Virus record (IMG/VR): IMGVR_UViG_3300045988_114239
Source of the DNA: a virus
Reading direction: 5' to 3' (one strand)
Length of the DNA stretch: 64,000 bases
This document shows, piece after piece, positions 7,898 through 16,569 of the stretch. Made by a program: the position numbers and the translations under genes. The notes under the pieces are model-generated. The model saw only the letters and a program-made list of their open reading frames with translations, was not told where the DNA came from and ran no database searches. The number at the start of each line of letters is the position of its first letter. Within the stretch, counting starts at the first letter, position 1.

Positions 7898-8959
7898 ATG
7901 AACAATTCAATGGTCGCTCACTTGTGGGCTCATGAACAAGAAGAATCAGCATTAGGGAGCAATTTCTTCTTTGAAGGTACAAGTATTTATTCTTATGGGC
8001 ATCACTTTGAAGTCGGAAGAATAGTAAAAAACAAACAAGGGAAGAAAGCATACCTGATAAATGAAGATTATTATTCTGTTACCACGAGCAAACATCAATG
8101 CTATGTTCGTAATGCGATACCAACTTGGGCAATGGTTTTCAGTGTAGGGGATAATATATCGGATACTGGTAATATGAGGTTCGTTGCCAGCAAACTGGAA
8201 TCAATTAAGAAGTCTATTGAAAAATACAAAAGAGCTAAAACAGAATTATCTTATACAGATATTTGGGGCGCTTTTGGGAATATGATGGATTACATTCAGT
8301 TCTTTAACATGGGAACTGCTAAGAGTATCCTTAAAAAGAGTGCTAATGATTGGCTTGGAACCAATCATGAATTATCCAAGAGCGAAGATAGTATCAAGCG
8401 TAAGCACGTACATGAATTAAAACGCATCTTTCAAATTTTATTGGATCATCAAGGATTAAAAGTGTTAGGGACCGTAAATGTGATTGTTGATGAAGTTTGC
8501 GGGGAAGGTACATGGATTAAGTATTCAGAAAGATCTGAAAGATGGAGAAAGGGTGAGGAAGAAAGAGAAAGAATAAAATTAGAGAGATTAAGAAAGGAAG
8601 AAGAAGCCCGTTACAAGGATTTTGATGAAAAACTGGAAGAGTGGAAGTCAGGAGAAATCAATTTCTTGAATACACCTTTCTATATTCCTGGTGAAAAACC
8701 TAACGCCTGGATCCGTATAAAAGGAAATATTATTGAGACAAGTAAACAGATAAAGATTGGAGTAGCAGAAGCCAGAAAACTGTGGCGGGCTGTGTCGGCA
8801 ATGCACCGGGGCGCCGAGTTTCGGCACGGTCTGGTGGAGGACATCACCGGTCACCAGTGGAGTCTAAATCGGTACGAAAACGATTTGCTAACCGCTGGAT
8901 GTCATAGGATAGCATATAACGAAATGGAGAGAATAGCAAAACAACTGGGATGGGTTTAA
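7898..8959 (+). CDS. hypothetical protein
   Basis: 353-aa ORF. It contains the GC-rich island ~8785-8870. Confidence 0.65.
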   Translation: MNNSMVAHLWAHEQEESALGSNFFFEGTSIYSYGHHFEVGRIVKNKQGKKAYLINEDYYSVTTSKHQCYVRNAIPTWAMVFSVGDNISDTGNMRFVASKLESIKKSIEKYKRAKTELSYTDIWGAFGNMMDYIQFFNMGTAKSILKKSANDWLGTNHELSKSEDSIKRKHVHELKRIFQILLDHQGLKVLGTVNVIVDEVCGEGTWIKYSERSERWRKGEEERERIKLERLRKEEEARYKDFDEKLEEWKSGEINFLNTPFYIPGEKPNAWIRIKGNIIETSKQIKIGVAEARKLWRAVSAMHRGAEFRHGLVEDITGHQWSLNRYENDLLTAGCHRIAYNEMERIAKQLGWV

Positions 8960-9000
8960 GTAACCCATCTTATTTTATAACAACTAAAAACAAGAAAAAT

Positions 9001-9741
9001 ATGGAAAATCCAATTATTGTTCCGTTTGATTTAAATACGGCGAGAAAAATTAAAAGTGGAGAAATAGAAGGTTCGGTATTAATTAATAATATTGAAATAG
9101 AATTTGTATATGAGTCGAAAGACTGCGTAGGTCCTTATAATTTACTTTTTGTAAGAAAGGATGGATATGGAATAAGTGCTATATATGCTAACACAGAAGG
9201 TTGTACTCTTGGTGACACCACTCTGGAATTGGAAGTAGAGGCTGGAGCGTATTTTAAGAAAGGAGATGTATTAACAAGCACTAAAGGATGTCAATTTATA
9301 TATGATGGACTTATTACCAAAGGGGTAATGGGAAGTATATGTGGAATGGTAACATCTGGAGATATTAAGTTTGATCATAGCGGATTATGGACTGATGTGT
9401 ATGATGAAGATAAAAAACGGCATGTAAGAAAGGCTATAGAAGAAGAGAAGAAATTTTTAGCAGAAAAGATTATAAAAGCCGAAGACAGTAGAAAAATAGA
9501 TATAATAAAACGATATTTAAGTGAATATGAGTATCTATTAGATGAGATGCCGAAACGTGACTTCAAACCATTTGAACGAGTGCTGGTGAGAAGAACTAAC
9601 CAAGAGAGGTGGAAATTGCATCTATTTTCCAGAGAATCAGTAGGAGATAATAAATACGAATGCTTAGGAGGGGTAGGATTTAGTCAGTGTATCCCATACG
9701 AAGGGAACGAACATCTTTTAGGAACCAATAAAAACAAATAA
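9001..9741 (+). CDS. hypothetical protein, tandem paralog A (FKPFERVL...YECLGG..CIPYEGNEHLLGT)
   Basis: The ORF was trimmed to the Met (MENPIIVPFDL) that aligns with the paralog start. It shares N- and C-terminal motifs with 9746-10480. Confidence 0.6.
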   Translation: MENPIIVPFDLNTARKIKSGEIEGSVLINNIEIEFVYESKDCVGPYNLLFVRKDGYGISAIYANTEGCTLGDTTLELEVEAGAYFKKGDVLTSTKGCQFIYDGLITKGVMGSICGMVTSGDIKFDHSGLWTDVYDEDKKRHVRKAIEEEKKFLAEKIIKAEDSRKIDIIKRYLSEYEYLLDEMPKRDFKPFERVLVRRTNQERWKLHLFSRESVGDNKYECLGGVGFSQCIPYEGNEHLLGTNKNK

Positions 9742-9745
9742 GATT

Positions 9746-10480
9746 ATGGAATATAAAATGGTAACAATCCCGTTTGATTTAGAAACGGCGAAAAAAATAA
9801 ACATAGGGGAAAGAGTAGGTCAGATTGTGACAGAGAAAGGACGAAATAGAGCAGAAATAGTATATGAAGACAATTCGTCAATTTGTCCGTTATTGGTTGT
9901 AATTCATTCTATTTCTGTATCGGCAGATTGGTTTTCTGCTACAGGAAAAGCATTTAGCAGCGAAAATCGCCTCCTTCTTGAAGTCCCGGAATATACTACA
10001 TTTAAAGATGGAGATGTGTTAAGCAGCAAAGATGGAAGTTATATTTTTATTTTAAATACGCATGGGAAATATTTAACATCTTTTTATGCGAGTCTTGCAG
10101 CGGGAAAAAGTCTTAATATATCGGATAATTTGGCTGCACACGAAAACCACATAGAATGTTATAGACTTGCAACAGATTCGGAAAAACAGAAGATGATTAA
10201 AGCGTTAAAGAAAAGCAAAAATCCTAAAGCAAAAGAATATCTAAAACGCTTCTTCGGAATTGAAGAAAGGACGAAATATGAGTTTAAGCCGTTTGACAAA
10301 GTGTTAGCAAAATATTATGAGGACGATAATTGGGAGGCCAGTTTATTCATAAGAACAATTACAGACGATCAGGATGGGGAGATTAAATATGAATGCTTGA
10401 ATGGAACAGTGTATGTTTATTGCATTCCTTTTGAGGGCAATGAATATCTTTTAGGAACTGCTGAAAATCCAGAAAAATGA
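9746..10480 (+). CDS. hypothetical protein, tandem paralog B
   Basis: 244 aa. MVTIPFDLETAKKI... and ...FKPFDKVL...YECLNG..CIPFEGNEYLLGT. Confidence 0.6.
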   Translation: MEYKMVTIPFDLETAKKINIGERVGQIVTEKGRNRAEIVYEDNSSICPLLVVIHSISVSADWFSATGKAFSSENRLLLEVPEYTTFKDGDVLSSKDGSYIFILNTHGKYLTSFYASLAAGKSLNISDNLAAHENHIECYRLATDSEKQKMIKALKKSKNPKAKEYLKRFFGIEERTKYEFKPFDKVLAKYYEDDNWEASLFIRTITDDQDGEIKYECLNGTVYVYCIPFEGNEYLLGTAENPEK

Positions 10481-10671
10481 AAACGGTAAAATTATCTGAT
10501 TTTTCTCCTTATGACAGAAACAAAGGAGGAATACAAGAATTGCATCATAAAATTGAGCCTAAAACACTTCAGTATTGGGGCGAAGATAGTGGTATTCTGA
10601 TCGGCATCACTCCGATATATAAGAGACATTTGTGGAGCGAAGAAGTAAATGTTATAAATGATAAACAATAA
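10477..10671 (+). CDS. hypothetical protein
   Basis: 64-aa ORF with an ATGA overlap. Confidence 0.45.
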   Translation: MKTVKLSDFSPYDRNKGGIQELHHKIEPKTLQYWGEDSGILIGITPIYKRHLWSEEVNVINDKQ

Positions 10672-10673
10672 AT

Positions 10674-10973
10674 ATGAAAACAAGAACATACGAAGGGGTG
10701 CAGCATGGAGACTGGGTGAGATGTACTCAATGTGGAGTACAAATGCTTCTTCCACGTGGAGCTGACCAATGTCCAGAATGTTATGGATACGACACGTTGG
10801 TGTGGGTAGATGAAGATAGGCAAGAAATGGACACTAAGCATCTGGATTGCCTTGCTCCAATGCGCAAATTGGAGCTACAAGAATATTTGTCTCAAGATGT
10901 TTTGGCGATAGAGCATAGCGAATATTATAAACAATTGATAGGGGAGGATGAATGGTGTGAAGAAGAAATATAA
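10674..10973 (+). CDS. Zn-ribbon protein (CTQCG...CPEC)
   Basis: 99-aa ORF. Confidence 0.5.
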   Translation: MKTRTYEGVQHGDWVRCTQCGVQMLLPRGADQCPECYGYDTLVWVDEDRQEMDTKHLDCLAPMRKLELQEYLSQDVLAIEHSEYYKQLIGEDEWCEEEI

Positions 10974-11046
10974 TAAAGAGTATCATTATTAAAACAATAG
11001 AGAAATTATGAACGAGGATATTTTAAGCAATATGTTTGGGTGTGAT

Positions 11047-11061
11047 ACATATTGCATATGT
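11047..11061. promoter_or_regulatory. Inverted repeat ACATAT-TGC-ATATGT upstream of the 11139-12455 gene pair (candidate operator)
   Basis: Perfect 6-bp inverted repeat with a 3-nt spacer in a 165-bp intergenic region. Confidence 0.3.
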
Positions 11062-11138
11062 GACAGTTCTTCAAAATTGTAAGTCCCAAAAATGAAAGAT
11101 GCGTATGTGAAAATAGAGTACCATCAAGAAAAGATGGT

Positions 11139-11645
11139 TTGTATCTAATCTACGGAAACGGACACGCTGAGCCGTTTACTGGAGAGAATATTAAAGAGAA
11201 TGTGCGTTATATCGGATTAAAACACAAAGACGTATCGTTTGCTATCTCGCTGGAGGAGCATGATAGTGTACGGTTGCTTGACAATGATAGCCGTAAAGAA
11301 TCCGGAAGTGAGACATATTACGAACGTGAATGTGATGCGCTGTTTGATATTGACGGACGCGGCAATACGGAACGCCTTGTAGCCAGAAATCCAAAATTGA
11401 GAAATCTGCTGGAAGATGACGAGTATATACCATCTCTTGGTCAATTAAATTTAATGGCCCATCATATGGACGAACTAAACAAAGCATTCGCTTATGTTTC
11501 GGCATCTCCCCTCTCCTCGGCGCGGTATTGGTCCAGTACCGAGTACAGCAAGGTCAGCGCATGGTTCGTGAGCTTCTCCATTGGCGGCACGCACAGCAAC
11601 ATTGAGTACAATAGTTACAGGGTTCGGGCGGTAATTGATTTTTAA
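11139..11645 (+). CDS. hypothetical protein, upstream partner of ABC ATPase
   Basis: 168-aa ORF. It contains the GC-rich island 11500-11640. Confidence 0.55.
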   Translation: MYLIYGNGHAEPFTGENIKENVRYIGLKHKDVSFAISLEEHDSVRLLDNDSRKESGSETYYERECDALFDIDGRGNTERLVARNPKLRNLLEDDEYIPSLGQLNLMAHHMDELNKAFAYVSASPLSSARYWSSTEYSKVSAWFVSFSIGGTHSNIEYNSYRVRAVIDF

Positions 11646-11657
11646 AAAGGATTACAT

Positions 11658-12455
11658 ATGATAACATCGGTAAAAATAAAAGACAATACAAAAACTCCAT
11701 TTGAATACGTTTCTAATATAGAAGCATTTGAAAATGGCAGAGAATTTATTTTCAAGCCAGGAGTGAATGTAATTATAGGTAAAAACGGTAGTGGAAAATC
11801 AACCTTGCTTAACATCATATCAATGTATGCGTTATGTGAGAAATCCATGTGTTCTGAAATACCGATCGAGGCACTGGATTTTCCACCTATATTTGATGAT
11901 GATGACAAGGTTCTTGATGGGATTGACATATCATCCGATTATGCAGGGAAAGTATTCCGTTTATTGCCATCGGCGGAGATGAATCGAGATAGCGTATTGA
12001 AAAACATCAGCAACTTAGATTTGTATGTGAATAATATTCGAAGATCTTATGGAGAGAAAGTGGTGTTGTCATTGGAATCACTTTTCAATTTAATGTTCGG
12101 TCAAAAGGATTATACATTTCCAATACAAGATCTTGTAGAATACAAGAAAAAATCAAATGCGTTTTGGATTAAAAGAATTGATAACCTGTTGAAGTATTAT
12201 GAAAGAAACCGCATAACATTAACAGAAAGCAGTTTTGAATACACGGTTCTCATGGATGAGCCAGACAGGAATCTTGACATTGACAACATAATGCAAATTT
12301 ATAATGTATTGTCATTCCATAAACCACAAACACAAATTATAGCCATAGTACACAATCCGGCATTGATTTACAAGTTAAGCAAATTAGATTGTGTGAATTT
12401 CATAGAGATGACAGAAGGGTATCTTAATAAAACTTGTACATTTGTGTCCAATTGA
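11658..12455 (+). CDS. Stand-alone ABC-type ATPase (Walker A GKNGSGKST, signature-like SYGEK, Walker B/D-loop LMDEPDRNLD, H-loop VHN)
   Basis: All four ABC/AAA_15-21-type nucleotide-binding motifs are present in a 265-aa protein. Confidence 0.8.
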   Translation: MITSVKIKDNTKTPFEYVSNIEAFENGREFIFKPGVNVIIGKNGSGKSTLLNIISMYALCEKSMCSEIPIEALDFPPIFDDDDKVLDGIDISSDYAGKVFRLLPSAEMNRDSVLKNISNLDLYVNNIRRSYGEKVVLSLESLFNLMFGQKDYTFPIQDLVEYKKKSNAFWIKRIDNLLKYYERNRITLTESSFEYTVLMDEPDRNLDIDNIMQIYNVLSFHKPQTQIIAIVHNPALIYKLSKLDCVNFIEMTEGYLNKTCTFVSN

Positions 12456-13020
12456 TCAAGGCATTTATATGTCATTTTAACACATTTTTTATAAATCAAT
12501 TAATTATTCATTTTTAAGTTACAGTCATGAAAACATTAAAAGAAAAAGACAAACAATCTTTTTTAGCAAGAAAAGAAGAAGTTTATTCCTTAATAATGGA
12601 AATGGGATCATTATTGGCAGATTATGATCATCAATGGTCTAATGAACTAAGAAGAAAATTTGAAAGAGCTACTTCTTTTCTTTCCTCAGGCAATTAACAG
12701 GTATAACAATCGAAGGTGCATTCAATGGCTGTTCTGCTTGTGTTGAAATAATGGCCGATGATGACAACGGTGTTTCAATGATGCACTATATTGATTACGA
12801 AGATATTATAGGAGTTGAATTAATTAAAAATTAAAAATAATTGAGTGAACAGTTTGCAAAAATCAGTACGAATGCGTTGTTAGGATTATCAACATCCGCC
12901 ACATAAGAACCATCTAATCCCGTAAATATCGTGATGCGTTGGTAGTATGTGTACAGATAGCAAGCAGGCGTTGGGATAAAGCATTTGGCAAACATTCACT
13001 CTAAATAAGAAATAGTAGAT

Positions 13021-13476
13021 ATGAATACAAAATTTGAAAACATGGCTTTGCTGAATATAGAAGACTACAATGAGCTTAAAGCTAAAGCCGAAGCAACAGA
13101 TGAGCAGATAAAGAAACAAGCCGAAGAAATGGCTAAGCCTGAAGTTGTCACATTGAAAGTGTGCTTTGATACATACGGATTATTATACAGGCCAAATACT
13201 TGTGTTGATGTTGAAATACCATTCTATGATGATGAAAAAATCAGAGATATGCTTAACAAAGCAAGTGTTGATATAATGAAATGGTGCGACAAAAATATGG
13301 TAAAATACAACAAAGAACTCAAAGAATCCAGATCTACAAAAAAACATTGCGAAGGACTAAGAAAGCATATCGCAAATCTCGAAAGGCGCCTCTTAAAGCA
13401 TGCATTGGCAAACGTTATTTTATCTATTATATCAGTTGCGGCTATAATTGCTCTTTTCACATTAATTCAAAACTAA
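13021..13476 (+). CDS. hypothetical coiled-coil protein with C-terminal TM anchor
   Basis: 151-aa ORF. The terminal residues VILSIISVAAIIALFTLI are hydrophobic. Confidence 0.55.
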   Translation: MNTKFENMALLNIEDYNELKAKAEATDEQIKKQAEEMAKPEVVTLKVCFDTYGLLYRPNTCVDVEIPFYDDEKIRDMLNKASVDIMKWCDKNMVKYNKELKESRSTKKHCEGLRKHIANLERRLLKHALANVILSIISVAAIIALFTLIQN

Positions 13477-13482
13477 ATAGAC

Positions 13483-13743
13483 ATGGAACAAGAATATGCT
13501 ATTCCTCTTTTTAAAGCTGGTGCAGAGTGGCGCATTAACATCGTGTGGCATTCTATAACAGTAATTCCAGATTGCCACCGTTTTATTGTGTTTCTCCCCA
13601 AGAAATCAACAATAGGATCAAAGAGTCCAATTATGGGTATATTGGAAGAGAACAAAACTTTTATATCCAGCCGTCCAGGATGTATTTTATACAGATTAGA
13701 TGAAATGGAATCATGGGCTTATTTAGATGATCTATTACCTTAA
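13483..13743 (+). CDS. hypothetical protein
   Basis: 86-aa ORF. Confidence 0.4.
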   Translation: MEQEYAIPLFKAGAEWRINIVWHSITVIPDCHRFIVFLPKKSTIGSKSPIMGILEENKTFISSRPGCILYRLDEMESWAYLDDLLP

Positions 13744-14170
13744 AAACAGCATAAGCAATATGGAAAGCGAAAAGAAGAAAATATGTCCCAAATGCGGCTG
13801 CGAAGATGGGTCGGGGCAAAATAATATACATAGCATGAATCCAGAACATTTTTGTAAATGTCCTATACGGTCTATTATGGAACGAGATGGAGTTTGCTAT
13901 TCTTGTGCGTTTTGGATCAGACTATATGAAGAGAATAAGAATAATCCCAATTGGTTGATTATAGATGGAGAATCATGGATAGCTAATCCGTTTGTTCCCA
14001 ATACAAACAACAAAACACGAAGATTCATGGGTATGGGAGGAAGAATGATGGAGGCTATTTCAAATGATGGGAGAAAAATCATTTCCAATGATTGGTGGCA
14101 TCAAGGGAAAATCCCAGAAGAATTTAAGGATTTAATACCTGATAATGCCAAATGGGTAAAAATGAGTTAA
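13727..14170 (+). CDS. CPKCG Zn-ribbon family protein, paralog of 32876-33364
   Basis: 147 aa. CPKCG...C..C...W...IDG.SWI...and a C-terminal DLIPDNAKW motif are shared with ORF 32876-33364. Confidence 0.6.
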   Translation: MIYYLKNSISNMESEKKKICPKCGCEDGSGQNNIHSMNPEHFCKCPIRSIMERDGVCYSCAFWIRLYEENKNNPNWLIIDGESWIANPFVPNTNNKTRRFMGMGGRMMEAISNDGRKIISNDWWHQGKIPEEFKDLIPDNAKWVKMS

Positions 14171-14189
14171 GAAGAAAATATGAAAGGTT

Positions 14190-14393
14190 ATGACCGACAG
14201 AGAACTTCTTGAAGAAAACAATAAGATGTTAAAGGAAATTCTAAGTTTTGTGAGAAAAGTTGATTCTGCTGAATACAGGGATCATCAAGACTTTATGGAA
14301 TTTATTAGAAATGTGGCAGCCGATATATGGGTGGAATATACGGAGCCTGAACAAAGAGGTAGATTGTTTAATTTAATAAATAAAAAGAAATGA
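14190..14393 (+). CDS. hypothetical protein
   Basis: 67-aa ORF. Confidence 0.45.
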   Translation: MTDRELLEENNKMLKEILSFVRKVDSAEYRDHQDFMEFIRNVAADIWVEYTEPEQRGRLFNLINKKK

Positions 14394-15058
14394 AAACAGT
14401 TTTTGATTTAAGCAGGGATGAGATTGTGTCATTGACATGCAAAGAGATATATCTGTATATAGACAAAGAGCTTGCTGGTAAAGGTATTCCAATTGAAGCT
14501 AAAAACTGGAATATAAAGAACGAAAAAGAAGTCGTGTATCCAAGAACAGGAGTTCCAGTATTTATGTTAAAAGATATCGGCATCGGTTTTAGAACCATAG
14601 AAGGTGCAACAGAGGTGGCTAATTTGCTTGTTAAATATAATGCATTTAAAACAGAATCAAGGTTTCTGACAGGCTCGTATGAACAATTTCGGATCATAGG
14701 GGAAAGTGTTTGCCCGGCTATTAAAGAGGAGGCGGGGTATAGCAAGGAAGAGTTTGATAAGGTAAACAAGGAAAACGAAGATCCAGAATTGAAAAGTATA
14801 AAATCCTTCAATGATACTGTGAAAAAAGCCAATGAAATCAAAGACAGGGTGTTAAAATACGTGTACAACATAAAACAAGAGCGTTCATATAACAATGACC
14901 TGGTTGGTATCTTTGAAAGGTATAAAGATATAGCAGACGGCGACCTGGAAGTAGCTATGAAATTTATCAAGGAGGCCTATCCGTTTAATGAAGAAACAGA
15001 GTCGTTTATCAGAAAAAAGTTTGACATGCCTATACCGGAAGAATCAAAAGAGCAGTAA
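14390..15058 (+). CDS. hypothetical protein
   Basis: 222-aa ORF with an ATGA overlap. Confidence 0.6.
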   Translation: MKTVFDLSRDEIVSLTCKEIYLYIDKELAGKGIPIEAKNWNIKNEKEVVYPRTGVPVFMLKDIGIGFRTIEGATEVANLLVKYNAFKTESRFLTGSYEQFRIIGESVCPAIKEEAGYSKEEFDKVNKENEDPELKSIKSFNDTVKKANEIKDRVLKYVYNIKQERSYNNDLVGIFERYKDIADGDLEVAMKFIKEAYPFNEETESFIRKKFDMPIPEESKEQ

Positions 15059-15130
15059 TTAAGCTAAATTAAATCATTTTGAATCTTTTTTATTATCAAA
15101 AGACATATCTTTGTCCAAAAAACAAACAGG

Positions 15131-15385
15131 ATGGAAGAAAAAGAGATAAAAGAAGCTATGATTGAAGCCCTAACGCACTTAGAGGGGTGTAAGTATTTCG
15201 TGGCTACGATAGTAAATGAAGAGGAAAGAAGATTTGATATGAGTCAAAGAATGTCACAACATCAATTGGCGTTAGTTATAAAAGGTATCTTATCTAATAA
15301 TGAGATGATGATGATGGATGTTTTGCAGTGGTGTTCTGAAAGATTTAAAAACAGTATAGAAAAAGGAAAGAAATCAACTAATTAA
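15131..15385 (+). CDS. hypothetical protein
   Basis: 84-aa ORF. Confidence 0.5.
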   Translation: MEEKEIKEAMIEALTHLEGCKYFVATIVNEEERRFDMSQRMSQHQLALVIKGILSNNEMMMMDVLQWCSERFKNSIEKGKKSTN

Positions 15386-15396
15386 ATATTAATACA

Positions 15397-15867
15397 ATGA
15401 ATCGCTGGTTTGAAATTACGGTAAAAGCCGAGATTGATAATATCGAGAACGGCAAAAAAAAGAAAGTAACTGAAAAGTATTTAGTGGATGCCTTGTCTTA
15501 CACAGAGGCAGAATCAAGATCGTTGGAGATCTTCAAGGATTTATTTAACGAGTTCGATATTGTTAAAATAAATCCTATTAAAGTGTCGGAAATCTTCTTC
15601 AACGGAGAAGCTGAGTACTGGTTTAAGTGTAAGGTAAATTACATTACACTGGATGAAAAGAAAGGTAAAGAAAAGAAAACTCCATGCTATATGTATGTCC
15701 AGGCCGGCAATCCTAAGGATGCCGAAGCTGTGTTGACTAAAGGCATGCAGGGTACGTTGGGCGACTGGAATTGCGAAGCTATTGCTGAAACGAAGATCAT
15801 TGACGTATTCAAATACGATCTTCAGAAGGGAGCTGAAAAATTAGGCGAGAAGAAGAGTGAAAAGTAA
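15397..15867 (+). CDS. hypothetical protein
   Basis: 156-aa ORF. Confidence 0.55.
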   Translation: MNRWFEITVKAEIDNIENGKKKKVTEKYLVDALSYTEAESRSLEIFKDLFNEFDIVKINPIKVSEIFFNGEAEYWFKCKVNYITLDEKKGKEKKTPCYMYVQAGNPKDAEAVLTKGMQGTLGDWNCEAIAETKIIDVFKYDLQKGAEKLGEKKSEK

Positions 15868-16096
15868 GGCTGATGTAGTTTCCAACATAGCGCTTGTTGT
15901 GGCGATAATATCATTGCTTTCAGCAGGCGCTTTCCTTCTGATAGTGATTAAGACAGACGAGGTATCTAAATTATTAATGAACGTACCTTATCTACTGGCT
16001 TCAGCGGGATTGTTCTTTTCAATAATATCATTATTATTCGAATGGAAAGCAAGGAAAAGAAGCTATACGTCTGCGAACGATGCGGACGAAAAGTGA
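15857..16096 (+). CDS. small membrane protein (two predicted TM helices)
   Basis: 79 aa with two long hydrophobic stretches. Confidence 0.5.
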   Translation: MKSKADVVSNIALVVAIISLLSAGAFLLIVIKTDEVSKLLMNVPYLLASAGLFFSIISLLFEWKARKRSYTSANDADEK

Positions 16097-16569
16097 TAAT
16101 AAGAAGTCATGGCTTATGCCAGGCTTGCAGGAGCAAAGAGTTGACTCCGAAGAAAAAAAACAGAATTACATCCATTAAAAACAGCAGCAAGAAGAAAAAG
16201 TTAGAGAACCCGGATTTATCCGGGTTTTTTCGTCTTATGTTGGAGGAGTTGGGTAGCATTCGAATGTCTATGACTGGTAAGGCTATTCATTTTCCTACAG
16301 TATGTAACGTCTGTCACATACTTCCGAAAAGGATATATAAGTCAGTTGCTACTTGCAGGGATAATATAGTTTTCCTTCATGAATCGGAGCATACGGTATT
16401 CGACATGTATCTTGACCGGATGGAATTTGATAAACTTGAAACAGAATTTCCTTTTGTGTGGAAGTATGCGGTAAAGAAGGTACTGGATATGGAAAGCAGA
16501 GGAATGATCAAGGAAAGAGGTAGGTTGATTATTGAAATAATTGATAGGTATGATAGAAGAAAAGATTAA
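16042..16569 (+). CDS. HNH endonuclease candidate (N-terminal CxxC...CxxC zinc ribbon; CNVCHILPK...DNIVFLHESEH)
   Basis: The pattern C-x2-C-H-h-h-P ... DN ... LH..EH matches the HNH motif. Confidence 0.5.
   Translation: MESKEKKLYVCERCGRKVIIRSHGLCQACRSKELTPKKKNRITSIKNSSKKKKLENPDLSGFFRLMLEELGSIRMSMTGKAIHFPTVCNVCHILPKRIYKSVATCRDNIVFLHESEHTVFDMYLDRMEFDKLETEFPFVWKYAVKKVLDMESRGMIKERGRLIIEIIDRYDRRKD

Noticed and set aside
14368-14970. 200-aa minus-strand ORF and other antisense ORFs in the plus block (e.g. 1018-1389, 2692-3003, 3709-4047, 4742-5067, 6190-6460, 9375-9566, 10492-10841, 22288-22488, 23116-23409, 24289-24486, 24880-25107)
   Set aside because: Each is fully embedded antisense within a better-supported plus-strand gene and is low-complexity (S/L/F-rich). 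They are typical shadow ORFs of AT-rich DNA.
16042-16569. Treating the HNH gene as part of a homing intron or intein
   Set aside because: It is a free-standing ORF between intact genes, and no interrupted host gene or intron/intein boundaries are evident.
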